The position numbers and the translations under genes are program-made. Shown piece by piece: positions 11,151-23,199 of a stretch of 64,000 bases of DNA; position 1 is the first letter of the stretch, and each line of letters opens with the position of its first letter. The notes beneath the pieces are model-generated. The model saw nothing but the letters and a program-made list of their open reading frames with translations, did not search any database and had not been told where the DNA came from. The stretch lies in the NCBI GenBank assembly GCA_028534125.1, contig CM052830.1:20026001-20090000 (forward strand), read 5' to 3'. Origin of the DNA: Lama glama (lineage: Eukaryota).

Positions 11151-12384
11151 GTCCTGGCTGGAAGGAGAGGGGAAAGGAATAGGTGGTGGGGAGGGTGGAG
11201 CATGACAGTCCCTACCACCATCCTACCTCCAGTGCTGTCTCGCCTCCCCTCCTTTGCTCCTCACCCATCACACCAGCCACGACCAGAGCCAGGCTTGTCA
11301 GAGGACAGCAGGAGGGAGAAATCCATGGCCCAGCCTTTTAATGGAAATTGATGCCCACCTCACCAGGGTGATCTACACCCTTGATTCATTCCTCACTCAG
11401 GTCAGATGAGGCACCGTAGCCGAGAGCGGAGGGCAGGGCAGCAGCGTGTGGGCACAGGATCCCCCTGCATGAGCCCTCTCTCTGCCTGCTGTGGCCCCGT
11501 CATTGCAGGTGTTTTCCTGCCCTGTCTTCCTCCATCAACTCTGCTTTCATTCAAGCCTCCCCTGCTCAAGATCCTTCCATGGTTCCCACTGTTCTCAGGG
11601 ACAAGTTATGAGCTCTGGCATGCAGTGTCAGCTGCAGCCAGACCCAGGCCAAGCTCAGGGCTGTGGAGCTGAACCAGGGGCTGATAACCACCTAGCACCA
11701 TCTTGGCAGGAACGGAGGAGGCAGTTCATGGCGGGGCAGAGCCCAGAGTAGGAAGCCCCCGCCAGCTGCCACAAAGTCAGCAAAGGCCCCCAGAGGGACC
11801 ATGCTGAAGCCAGCCTTGGGATGAGCAGAAATCCATCAAGAGCTCCAGGAGAGGGAGAAAACCCCACGTGGCCCATTCCCACCTCCAGGCCTTTGCTCTT
11901 GCTAAGCCACTTGCCTAAGGGCTCTCCCTTCTCCTGCCCAGTGAGCCCACTTCAGGTCCCCCTGAGGTTGGTCTCACAAGCAGCCTTCCATGACCTCTGT
12001 CTTCCTCCATGACTTGAGCTTCCCTCCTTCCTCCCTCAGCACACAGCAGGAGTTCTGGGAGATCTGTTGACCAACAGAGTGGCCAGGGTCAGCAAGGGGT
12101 CAGGGAGGATACATGCCCATGGGAAGACTCTCCCCCTACCCTGCTGTACCCCAGGTGGGGCTGGGCAATGTCAGAGCCAACCAAGGATGGAGGGAGGGGG
12201 ACTGCCACGGAGACAGAATAAGGGAAGAGAGCCAGCCCCTCAGCCCGTCACCCACCCCTAGTGGACAGCAACCACACCTGACAGTGCTGGACAGCTGTCA
12301 TCCACTGCCACCTCCTCCACCTCCTCCACCCTACACCATGAGCAGAGATGGTCTCTGGGAAGAGGGCCCAGGGAGGGCCTGAAA

Positions 12385-12620
12385 TAGCCACCATCATCCA
12401 GCACCTCCTACGTGCCAGGCACTTCACATAAGACCTGCCTTCCCTTATATGCTCACTCAGAGCTAAATGTGCAACATACATGAGCTTGTTTAATTCTGAG
12501 ACCCTGATCTGCCCCATTTTCCCTGTGGAGAAATTGAGGCCCAGAGAGGTTTAGTAACTTGTCCACAGTCACATCATGGCTAGAATCTGCAGTCAAATAT
12601 GTCGACCTGGGGAGCTTAGT
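12385..12620 (-). mobile_element. MIR SINE
   Basis: tacgtgccaggcacttcacat...ccccattttccctgtggagaaattgaggcccagagaggtttagtaacttgtccacagtcaca. Confidence 0.85.
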
Positions 12621-14024
12621 TCTTCCCAAGGGCCTTCTGAGATGGGGGTCACTGGGATGGGGGAACATACGATTTGGAGCCTGCATCCCAGAAGCAAATA
12701 AGCTTGATGCTCCCAGCTGGAGTGGGGGTGCCCAGACGGGCAGATCATTTCTGCCATCTATCACTCCTCACAGATGGGGACGAGGATCAGAGAGAGGATG
12801 AGGCCAAACAGAGTTGGGAAGACAGCATCACAGCCCTGCGGGAGGAGCAATCTCCCTTCCTGAGTTAGGCCAGGGACTCAGAAGTTTCCTCCCAACCTCT
12901 TGACATTTGAGGACCCTGGGCCTCCAAAGGTCTGTGATTCTAAAATCTCATGCTTATAGGAATTTTACACCTGCCACCATTTTTGAGCATCGACTAACGT
13001 ACGACATCATACAGCATTATATTTACACCTTCCACCACAGCAGGAGATAGATTCTAAGGTGCTTTTCTCTTAGGGAAGGGGGACCTGCCCAAGGCCTCCA
13101 GTGATGAGAGGCAGGCTGGGTCTGACTTCGGTGTACTGACTGGAGCCGCTGTGCACTCAGCCCACAGCTCACGGGGCCTCACACGTCACGCTGTCCCTGG
13201 TGGTGGGATGAAGTGGAGGGGAGGGGTCTGCAACAGATCCCTCTGATCTAGGAAACCAAGGGTCTGGGAGCCATGATTTCTCAGCCAGAGGACTCTGCAC
13301 AGAGAGTTCTCAAAGTGTAGAAAGAAGCCCCTACCCTGGCCCTACCCTCCAAGACAAGCGCTCCCAGTGTTGATGGAGCTCCCTGAGGAGAAGGTGGGTG
13401 GCCTCAAGGCCCCCAGAAGCTTGGCCAAGAGCCTGGAGTAGGGCCTGAGAGGTGCAGGAAGCTGGCAGGGGCCCCAGAAACCACTGCTACCTTCTGCCTA
13501 CACGTAAACAGGTACTGGGCCCATTCCACCAATGTCGTAACTTGGGAAGGAAGACTGTGCGCTCAGCTCCGTGTCCTGATCACAGGGTACATTCTCCCAT
13601 CCCAGTTCTGGCCCTGAAAAGCCATGGGGGTTGGGCAGGCCACCTGCCCTCTCTGGCCTTGAGTTTCTCTGTGTTCAGTAGATTCATCCCCCTCTAGCCA
13701 GGCTCCAGGGTCTAAGGCTAGAATCCTCAGAGTGGGCCCTCCTCTGATTCAGAGGCCGCTGGAAAGATAGGACACCCACCTGCACTGTGGACTCTGCCCC
13801 CAGGCCTGCAGAGAACACCACTCAAGCAGCACCCTCCACGCAGAAAGGGGAGCCCTGCAGCCCTTCCCCTAGATCAGAGACCACAGGTGCTCTGGGGCCG
13901 GGACTGAGCAGTAGCCAGGAGACACTGCCGGCTTCTCTAACCTGCGCTCCCTGTCCCTGTCCCAGGGAGTCACCTGGGTGGACAGTCCAACTTTGGCTGG
14001 ACTCCCACACCCTCTCAGTCAGGC

Positions 14025-14170
14025 AGCAAGACAGAGTAGTCAGGGTATGGAGTTAGGCGTCAGACAGCCCAGGTTCAAAGGTCACCCACCAACCTCTAAA
14101 ATTCCAAAGCATTTTGGGGCAAGTCTTTTAACCTCTCTTGAACTCCACTTCCTCATCTATAAATGGAGCC
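14025..14170 (+). mobile_element. MIR SINE fragment
   Basis: gtcagacagcccaggttcaaa...ttggggcaagtcttttaacctctc...cttcctcatctataaatgg. Confidence 0.82.
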
Positions 14171-16196
14171 CGTAAGCATGCCCCTGAAAGGAGAGGACAA
14201 GGGTGAGCAGGCAAACCAGTGAGACTGAAGCTGGGACCTGCCCAGGCCTGCCTGAGCAGTCGGCCTGCCCCCAGGTCCTGCCAATGAGAGACCTCAGCTT
14301 CCCCTTTCACTGCCCTAAAGCATCAGAAAAAAAGATAAGGGGGAAATCTGTAGTTTAAAATAAAGTGGAATTTGCCTCTCATTAAAATGAAGTTTGTCAC
14401 CTCTATCATAAATTGTCCTTCTCAGCTGCAGAAAAAGGTCCATTAACACATTTTTTTTCCTTCTCCAAAAGACAAGAGTGGGTAGGTTTAAAAATCCCTG
14501 TGGACAGTAAAAAAGCCAGAAAAGCCCTCTCCCCCACTGCCTCCAGCTGCCCCCCAGAAGCCAAAAAATCACTGTAATTATCTGTCTGGGAGCAGGCTCA
14601 GGGAGAAAGCCTCAGTGTGGTTGGTTAAGGTGCTAATTAGCAGGAACCAGCTTCCAATATGGGGGTTGGGGACCGGGAAGGTGGGCTTCAGTCTCTTCCC
14701 CCCACCACCGTCCCCCAACCTTCTACTCACTCAGTCTCACCTGGTTCGTGGGCATTTGCTCTCAGAGCCCAGGTTCCTGCAATAGCCCTCTCCCTTTAAA
14801 GCCTCAGTGTCCACACCTGAGCTATGGACACTGGCCCCTGTGACCACTTAGGACCCACAGAGCCCTGGATACCATGTCCCTGGGAGGCTTTGGCACAGAC
14901 AGAACAACAGAGCGTGGAGTGGGAGAAGGGTTGCCTGGAGCGCTGAGCACTTCCAATTTCGATATTGAAACAAAGGTGGCCTACATTTAATGAGCACCTA
15001 TGATGTGCAGGTTTTGACTGAATGGACTCTTACCCTTGGTACGAGAGCCCCACAAGGTCATCCCTCCCAATGTCCTTTACAGATGAGGAGGTTAGTCACA
15101 GCGATGTTGCGTGACAGCTAGTAGGTGAGATCTGAACAGAGGCAGGCCAAACTGCACCCCGCCACTGCCCACCCACTGGAAGCCCACGCACCCCAGCCCG
15201 ACTCCACGCAGGAAGGAACGCGTGATTCTCCAGCCCTCCACACGTTCCAGCACAAACGGCCCTGTGAGACCGGAGCTGTTGCTGTACAGTGATATTCAGG
15301 GGTAAAGGCACTCGCTTGGGGTCACACAGACCAGGAGAATGAGGATTTTAAGGAAATGGGCTTCTGCCCTCACTTCACAGCCCTGGAAACTCACCCAGGG
15401 CTGGGCAGCCCCACAGAAGCCCTGTCCAGAGCAGAGCACTCCTCCAACGCCCTCGCCCCAGGAACCAGCCTGAGGAGCAGCTGTCCTCCCCGGGCTCAGA
15501 GACCCCATCCGTCTCGTCTCCTCCATGGTCTCTAGACACCCCACCCCCCTTAAATCCCTGGAGCATTGCTCAGGCTCCTGCCAGCCTCACAAACAGGACC
15601 CCTCCCCAGTCCCACACCTCCACGGCTCCAGGGGAATCACTGAGTCATGAGTTCTGGGAGGGCTCCCAACCCCTCCCGAGCTCCGACCACCAACTTCCCA
15701 AATGCAGAGCCCCAGCCCACCCTGCCGCCCTCCTCAGCTGCTCCCAAGGCCTCTGACCCCTGCCCTACCTGACCCTGTCAGGGCTGCAGGCCGGCCCATG
15801 CCCTCTCTGGGGACAATGTGCACGGGGAGCTGGAGGCCACGGTGGGGACAGTCTAGCGGGTGGTAAGAGTGTGGGGAGAGTGCCTCAATCCCCCAGAAAG
15901 TTTTCTTGGCTCCTCAAGTGAGCAGGGGAGTGTGGGCCTTCACTCACACGAATCGACGGCGGTGCCTGATGGGGCTTTATGCCCTGCCCGATGCCCACTG
16001 TCCCCAACCAAGCCCCCAGCCCCTTGCCCACCTCACCCAGGGCCCGCTGCCCCTCAAGCACCTTCCAGTTTAGATTCCACAGCAGAATCAAGGAGCTAGC
16101 TGCCCCAACCCAATTCCATTCACTCCCACGGACGCCAGAGGTTGTGGGGCGTCCTGTGGCAGCCCTGCTCCAACCCCCCTCGCCCAGTGTGCACGC

Positions 16197-16199
16197 ACA

Positions 16200-16230
<31 letters not shown>
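16197..16230. repeat. (CA)n microsatellite
   Basis: About 15 perfect AC units at 16201-16230. Confidence 0.97.
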
Positions 16231-16232
<2 letters not shown>

Positions 16233-16759
16233 ATACACAAGGTCCCGGGTGCCTGCCCCAAGCAGAGCATGGGCGCCCACCACACACAGTCTATCTGCCA
16301 CCCAGTTCACGCTGCTGGTATCAGTAATGAAAGCAGCAGACCAACAGGACACCAGGCTGATTGCCACTCAGCGGCGGCAGATGAAAGGAAGCTTCCTGAC
16401 CCTGGGCTGAGCCCTGACCCTGGTCACAGGGATCACCGATGGGTGCTCCTGGGATTCTAGCCTCCCTCTTTACCTGGGTCCAACTGTCTGCAGAGGAAGG
16501 TCACCAAGATAGGCTGGAGTCAGTGCCCAGCATGAGGCCCTAAGGTTCTTCTTCAGAAGCTCCCAGCCCACAGCCTTAGCGTTCCTTGTTCCTGCCCAGA
16601 GAGGCCAAGGCCTCCAGCTAAACTCACACAGCAAGTCAGGGTCAAGCTGGCACCAGAACTCGGTTCTTCCATCTCCTGAACCTGGGACATGGATGCAATG
16701 CACATTGTGAGAGGGACAGAGCCACAGGCCCAATGCTCATGTCAAGGGCCATCTTATCT

Positions 16760-16945
16760 CTTAGAATTCAGGATGACAGTGCCTTGGGCCTAGAAGGACA
16801 AGCCCCAAATCCACTCCTTTCTCCATCAGGAATTCCCTCTCCAGTCTACTTGGCCATGGCCATTGAACCTCTGCTTACATACTTTTGATGAGAGCAAGCT
16901 CACCACCACCAAAGCAGCCTGTCCATCTGAGGCTCTAACTGGGAT
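16760..16945 (-). mobile_element. L3/CR1 LINE 3' fragment
   Basis: ggaattccctctccag...cctctgcttacatacttttgatgagagcaagctcaccaccaccaaagcagcctgtccat. Confidence 0.6.
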
Positions 16946-18379
16946 CCCGCTCCCCAGACCTGGCTCTGCCCCGGGAAGTTGGTACTCACTGTAGGTCAGG
17001 GTTTGGGGAAAGGGCTCTGGGTCCTCAGGGATTTCTGGACAGTAAGTGCAACTCCGGAGCCTGCCATTTTCCAAGTCCCAGTCCCTCCTTGCCTCCCACA
17101 TCCTGTTAGTGTCCCTCTGGGCCTAGGTGGGGCCCAGGCTGGAGCACCGACTGACTGGGTGGCTGAAGGCTAGCTCCTCACTCTCTCTGAAATGCGACCA
17201 CTTAGGTAAAGCCCTGACCCCAAAGGCTCTGGCAGCACGGGCCCACCACACTGAGCCCCAGCACGACGAGCCTCCCCGGTCATCTCCTCCTTCACACCAG
17301 ACCCACTGCTCCTTGTGACACAGCCCCTGCCTGAGCCAAGGCTCTCTAGCACTCCGCCCTGGGTCTGTGCCTCTCTGGGCCTAGAACAACATTGTATGGG
17401 TGGGTATCCTGAGTGCCCATTGCTAAAGAGTTAGGGAAGGCCCCTAACTCCAAAAATATCTCCCTACCAGCTTGGCCTGTCTCTGAGGTTGGCCCTGGGC
17501 CACAGGCCAGAGGCGAGAGGGTCTTCCCCAAACCCTGGCCAGCAGCTGATACCCCACTGTCCTCCCAGATACCCAGTTCAAAGCCCCCATCCCTCCATCA
17601 GCATCCCCACCATGCCCCCATTAGCACAGCCGGCTGTCCCCGAGCCCCAGGCTTGGTGAGTTACAGCCCATCCCTCCCTCCCAATGTTCTCGCCACCGCC
17701 ACCACGGGCCCATATTATGGCATGCACATCTGTCAGCCTGTGGCCGCCGCTGCCACCACTGTTTCCAGGGAAACATACTCCGTTTACGACATTATCAAGA
17801 ATTCTGGCCCCTTGATCCCCCTCCCAACCTCTAGCCCCGCCTCTGTTTTTGGGGACGAAGATTTGGGCTGTAACTATCACCACATGTCTTCCCTGCAGAT
17901 TCTAATGGGGCCTGAATACATTGCCACAGCCGCAAACATGCAGCCACCGAACGCTAATGGGTGCGTTTAGGCTTCATCTGGCTGCCCTGACCACTCTCCC
18001 TGCCACGCCAGGGGCCACTGGAGAGTCCCCAGCCCCGCCCTCCCCATGCACCCGCCGCTGCCTTATAAGCCCTAAGATGGAATCTGCTCACAGTAGAGGC
18101 GGGCTGGGGAATGGGTCACTAGCTCTGGGCTTTCGCAGGAAGGAGGGTAGGGAGCTGACCCTGACTAAGCCTCCCTCTTGGGAGCCCCAGTATAAACAGG
18201 CCCTTTTCACATGAGCCACCAATAAGCAGCTGGTGTTAAGAGGAGAAAACTGAGCCTCTAAGATCGCACAGCTGGTCCGTGGGGGGGATCTGGTCTGTTC
18301 TGGACTTGAACACAGAACCAGGGACTGCAAAGCTCCATCTCCCACAGTCCTGGGTCCCCAAGACCTGAAGGCTAAGAGC

Positions 18380-18570
18380 TGACATGTTCTAAGCATTTTA
18401 CATGTTTACATGTAATAATTTAAGCCTCATAATGACCCCATAAGACCAGCACTACTAGTATATCCATTTTACAGACAGGACACTGAGGCAAAGCCAAGGC
18501 CACACAGTTTGCAGGTAGAAGAGCCAGGACGCAAAGCCAGGCAGGCTCGCCCCAGAGCCCAGCTCTTAAG
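18380..18570 (-). mobile_element. MIR SINE
   Basis: tgttctaagcattttacatg...tccattttacagacaggacactgaggc...ccaaggccacacag. Confidence 0.85.
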
Positions 18571-19001
18571 GGCTCTGCTCACAGCAGCCTACTAGGCTGG
18601 CCAGGTGAGGTGTTCCCACCACCTCAGGAAGACTCAGCCCCTTCCTTGAGCCCACCCCGCAGAGATGGCCCTCGTCCCTGAGACAGCACCGGAGGAGAGA
18701 AGCCCAGGTGCTGGGCCTGACACACTGCAGGGGTTCACCTCAACCTTCCCCAACTTCCAGTCTTAATCACAGGGGGATTCTGAGGAGCAAATGTTCAAGA
18801 TTTACTCAGCTATCAAGGGCCAGGCAAGTGGCACATGGCGGGATGATGATGATGATTGTCACTGCTATCATCAGGGTGGTTTGACCCATCACTGTGGGCA
18901 TTCTGACCTCATGCCCCTCAGAAGGGCACACACTCCCTCTCTCCGTGGCCCTGGACACTGACAGCGCTTCACTAACCCTCTCTTCAAACCTGTTATACAA
19001 T

Positions 19002-19482
19002 TGTATTAGTTTCTTAGGGCTGCTGTCACAAATTACCACAAACTCGGGGATTTAAACCAACAGAAATTTATTCTCTCACAGTTCAGAGGCCAAAACTCCA
19101 AAACTGGTCTCACTGGGCCAAAATCAAGCTGTCAGCAGGGCTGGTTCTCGCTGGAGGCTTTAGGGGATAATCCGTTCCTGGCCTCTCCCAGCTTCTGGTG
19201 GATGCCGGCATTCCTTGGCTTGTGGCCACATCACTCCAGTCTCTGCCAGTGTGGTCACACGGCCTTCTCCTCTCTGTAGTCAAATCTACTCTGCCTCCCC
19301 CTTACAAGGACACTAGTGATTGCATTTGGAGCCTACCCAGACAATCCAGAATAATCTCCCCATCTCAAAATCCTTAATTTAATCACATCTGCAAAGACTT
19401 TTTCCATATAAGGAAAGTTATTTCATATGTTTTAGGGACCAGGACATGGACATCTTTGGAAGCCATTATTTAGCCTAGCACA
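19002..19482 (-). mobile_element. MaLR solo LTR, MLT1C-like
   Basis: TG...CA termini (tgtattagtttcttagggctgctgtcacaaattaccaca...attatttagcctagcaca) and typical internal blocks (cagaaatttattctctcacagttc, ccttaatttaatcacatctgcaaagac). Confidence 0.92.
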
Positions 19483-19489
19483 GTCACCA

Positions 19490-20375
19490 ACTACCAACAC
19501 AACACCCCTCCTGGACAACTAACAGGTACATCAAACGTCACACAATCACAGCTGAGGGCCTTGTTTTACTCCAAGCCGGATCCTGTCTGTGTCAGGTAGT
19601 TGAACTCCCATCTGCCGACCTGTCGAGGCCAAAAACCATGGAGTCAACATTTAACTCCTCCCTTTCTCTCCCCGCGACGGCTGATCCACCATCAGCAAGT
19701 CTCTCTGGTTTTATCTTCAAAATCTATCCAGAGTCTGACCACTTCTCGCCACCTCTACAGCCACCACTTGATCCAAGCTACCATCTCTCCCTCATGGATT
19801 ATTGTAATAGCCTCATCCCTGGGCACCTGCCTCCACAGTGTCCTCAACAGAGCAGTCAGAGGGACCCAAGTCACAGATGTCACTCTGTCGAAACCCCACA
19901 GTGGATCCCATCCCACTCAGTGCGGAAGTCAAAGTGCTTACAATAGTCTGCAAGTTCTGGCCCCATTTGCTCTCTGACAGCAATTCCATCCCTCTCTCGC
20001 TCCTTCCCCTTTCTCCTGCCACTCAGGCCTCCTCCCTGATCCTCAACGAGCCAGGCATGCTCCCTCCTGGGGGCCCCTGTCCCCTCAGCCTTGAATGTTC
20101 TTCCCAGGTATCCATGTGGCTCCCTCACCTTTTTCATGAAGGTCTTTATCTAGAAGTCACCTTCTCAGTGGGGTACCCCTATCCTTGACATTTCCTTTTA
20201 TCCTCTTCCCTGACATCTTTTTCTCCTTGACATTGACTATCTAACACAATGCAATATTTTGCTTACTCATCTTGTTTAATGTTTGTCTCCTCTGCTAGAT
20301 TGTAAGTTCCATGATGACAGCCTCCTAGGTCCAAAAAGTGCCTGGACAAGTAGGTGCTCAGTAAATACTCAGTCA
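19490..20375 (+). mobile_element. L2 (L2a-like) 3' region
   Basis: caggccaaaaaccatggagtc-like block, atcagcaagtc...tcttcaaaatctatccaga, ctagattgtaagttccatga, gtaggtgctcagtaaata. Confidence 0.9.
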
Positions 20376-21090
20376 CTCCACAGGCAATTACAGAGCCAGG
20401 CACTGAGGAGGTATCAGGACCCAGCAGTGAACCAGACACAGCCCCTGACAAGGACCATCTAGGGTATCAAACACAGTGACAGGGAAGCACAGAGTGCCAC
20501 AGGAGTTCAGAGGAGGGAGAGACAAACTCAGCCCAGGGAGTTGCAGAAGACTGGACTTGGGAGGGCTTTGCAGGATAAGTAGGAGTTCACTGGCTGGATA
20601 AGGGGACAACTTTATATTTGGCAAGAGGACCAGCAGGTACGAAAACAAGAACAAAATAATAAGACCTGTACTTGAGACAAAGGAGAAGGCAGGAAGTGAG
20701 CCTAAGGGGTCAAGCAAGGGCCAGTTCTGAAGGGCCTTAAAGAGCAGGCCAAGGGAGCTGAACTTTTCCCCGTGAGCAATGGTGGGCCACTGAAGGGAAG
20801 GATGTGGCGGGTGTGGATGTCTGGAGGCTCCCTTGCCTCACGTGACCAACAAGCACTCTAGATGTGGGCCGAGATCAGGGCACAGGGCCCACGTGACAGG
20901 TACTAGGGGAAGGAGCGAGAACTTCCCTCATATCGTGACCTCAGCCAGGAAGCAGCTCACAACACAGGGAGCCCCAGCATGCCCAGGGCTGCGTTGGGAG
21001 GACACCTCGGGGAAAAGTAAAGCCAACAGTTTACAACAAACGCTAGAGTATGCGGCTTCAGTGCAGCCAGGGGACAGGAGAGAGGGATGG

Positions 21091-21440
21091 CAGTGTGGGC
21101 TGAATTGTGTCCCCCAGAGCTCGTGTGTTGGAGCCCTAAACCCCCACATGACTGTATCTGGAGTGAGGAAATTATTAAGGTTAGATGAGGTCACAGAGTG
21201 AAGCCTTAATCCAGTAAGATTAGTGCTCTTATAAGAAGAGACACCAGAAATACGTCCCTCTCAGGACCCGGCTGCCTCCCGCCAGCTATGAGAGCACACG
21301 AAGAGAAGGCAGTCGTTGCAAGCCAAGAAGAGAGCTCTCACCAGAGCCCGACCATGCAACGAATTACTGTTGTTTCAGCCACCCAGTCTGTGTTATGGCC
21401 ACCCAGTATTTTTTTAACAGCAGTCAAGCAGACTAAGACA
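21091..21440 (+). mobile_element. MaLR solo LTR, MLT1B/MLT1A-like
   Basis: tgggctgaattgtgtccccc...cttataagaagagacaccaga...gcaagccaagaagagag...tgttgtttcagccacccagtctgtg...gcagactaagaca. Confidence 0.9.
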
Positions 21441-22490
21441 AACAGCAAAGTCAAGGAGAGCTTCCTGGAGGAGACAAGGTTTGCGGCCATCCTAGGGCCT
21501 GAAGACAGGTCAGATCCTGGCTGGCTGGACCTGTGGTCACACAGTGGACTCCAGCCAAGGCCCATCCTTCGTCTGGCCTGCAAAGCCTCAGCAGTTTCTT
21601 TGGGGTTTAGTTTCTGTGCTGAGGAGCACAAAGACAGTTGCAGGATTGGTGAAACTTTGCCTGGTCCTCTAAAGTATAGCCAGACCCCCCAAGACAGAGG
21701 TAGCAAGCTGGAATGTTATGGTTCCTCAGCACCGGATCCCCACTTCCCCATTCTGCCACCATGAAAGGTAACACAGCCTGGCCCGAGACAATCAGGAGTC
21801 AATGTGCAAGGGCCTCCCCCTAGCCGAGGCTCCCACCCCTGAGGGTGCTGCCTGGAAGCAGGGACCTGCGCCGGGCTCCGAATGACAGAAATGATCAGGA
21901 TATATGCAGAGAGAGAGAAGGTCTATAAATAAATATACATTTTTATAAGACATGTTTAATTAAAGTGGATTAAAATTAACTTGCTTTAAAAAAAATTAGA
22001 AGTGCCCTAGAGGATTTCAGAAGCAGGGCAAGAGTCCCTGAATCCAGAGGCTTCATGGAAGGGCCCGGGAGTGCGATAAGGGTGGCACCTATTCCCTGCA
22101 CGTGGTGTCCTGGGAAGGAGGTGGCTCACATTTACACAGCACTCTACACTGCAAGGTGTGGTCCCTGGGATGGCAGGCACATTCAGCCCCAGTTTACTAG
22201 GGGAAACTAAAGCCCAGAAAGGGCAGTGACTTGCCCAAAGTCACACAGCACACCTGTGGCAGGGCTCAGTGGGAAGGCACTGGTCATTTCTGGAAACCCT
22301 GGACATTAGGTTCACACTCAACACTCCAAAAGCCCCTTACCCCCTGTATGCAGTCCCAGCCTGAGCTGCTGCCCGCCAAGATCCTCCCATCTGCAGGGCA
22401 GGGACTCTTGCTCTGTGACAGTCTGGCTCCTCCAAGGGCTGGCATGAGGACAGCAGAGGGAAGCAGCCGGGGGTCGGGTACAGGAGGCAG

Positions 22491-22694
22491 NNNNNNNNNN
22501 NNNNNNNNNNNNNNNNNNNNNNNNNNNNNNNNNNNNNNNNNNNNNNNNNNNNNNNNNNNNNNNNNNNNNNNNNNNNNNNNNNNNNNNNNNNNNNNNNNNN
22601 NNNNNNNNNNNNNNNNNNNNNNNNNNNNNNNNNNNNNNNNNNNNNNNNNNNNNNNNNNNNNNNNNNNNNNNNNNNNNNNNNNNNNNNNNNNNNN
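22491..22694. other. Assembly gap (204 N)
   Basis: Run of N. Confidence 0.99.
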
Positions 22695-22705
22695 ATGCTC
22701 GTACA

Positions 22706-22745
<40 letters not shown>

Positions 22746-22751
22746 CACACA
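22706..22751. repeat. (CA)n microsatellite beside the gap
   Basis: Interrupted AC run followed by acgtgcgcgc. Confidence 0.95.
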
Positions 22752-23199
22752 TACGTGCGCGCAGACACCAGGCGTCAGCAGGAGATGGCGCCGGGCTCCC
22801 CGAGTGTTCCTGCCAACTTCCTATCAAGTCATCACTCAGGTTCTTACTCCCTCCTCTCAATGCCGGGGGTCTAGAGGTGTGCAGTTCCGGGACAGCCCTT
22901 CAGTTTCCTCATCTGAAAAAATGGACTTGGCAATGAGACAACCTGATGTCTAAGGGCAAAGCCTTTGACCTTGGAACGAGTGTCACGAGACACAAGAAGT
23001 CATTTTGAGTGTGTCTACAGACACACAGGAGATCCCGACACTGCCTGGGGCAATGATGCTCCACTGGATGGCTCCTTGGCACCTCACACCTAGCAAGTCC
23101 AAATGAGGACTGTCACGCGTCCTTCTGGCCCAGAATCCCAGCTCAGAAAACAGTGCCACTCAGGCCAGGCTGACCTCCCCTGACCCAGACTCTCAGCCC

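Noticed and set aside
12964-13037. 16-bp direct repeat (15/16) 58 bp apart
   Set aside because: Only two copies flanking MIR-like debris; not an array and not CRISPR-like.
17413-17970. 185-aa ORF as a processed pseudogene or coding exon
   Set aside because: No recognisable protein similarity, poly(A) tail or target-site duplication; better explained as a regulatory block.
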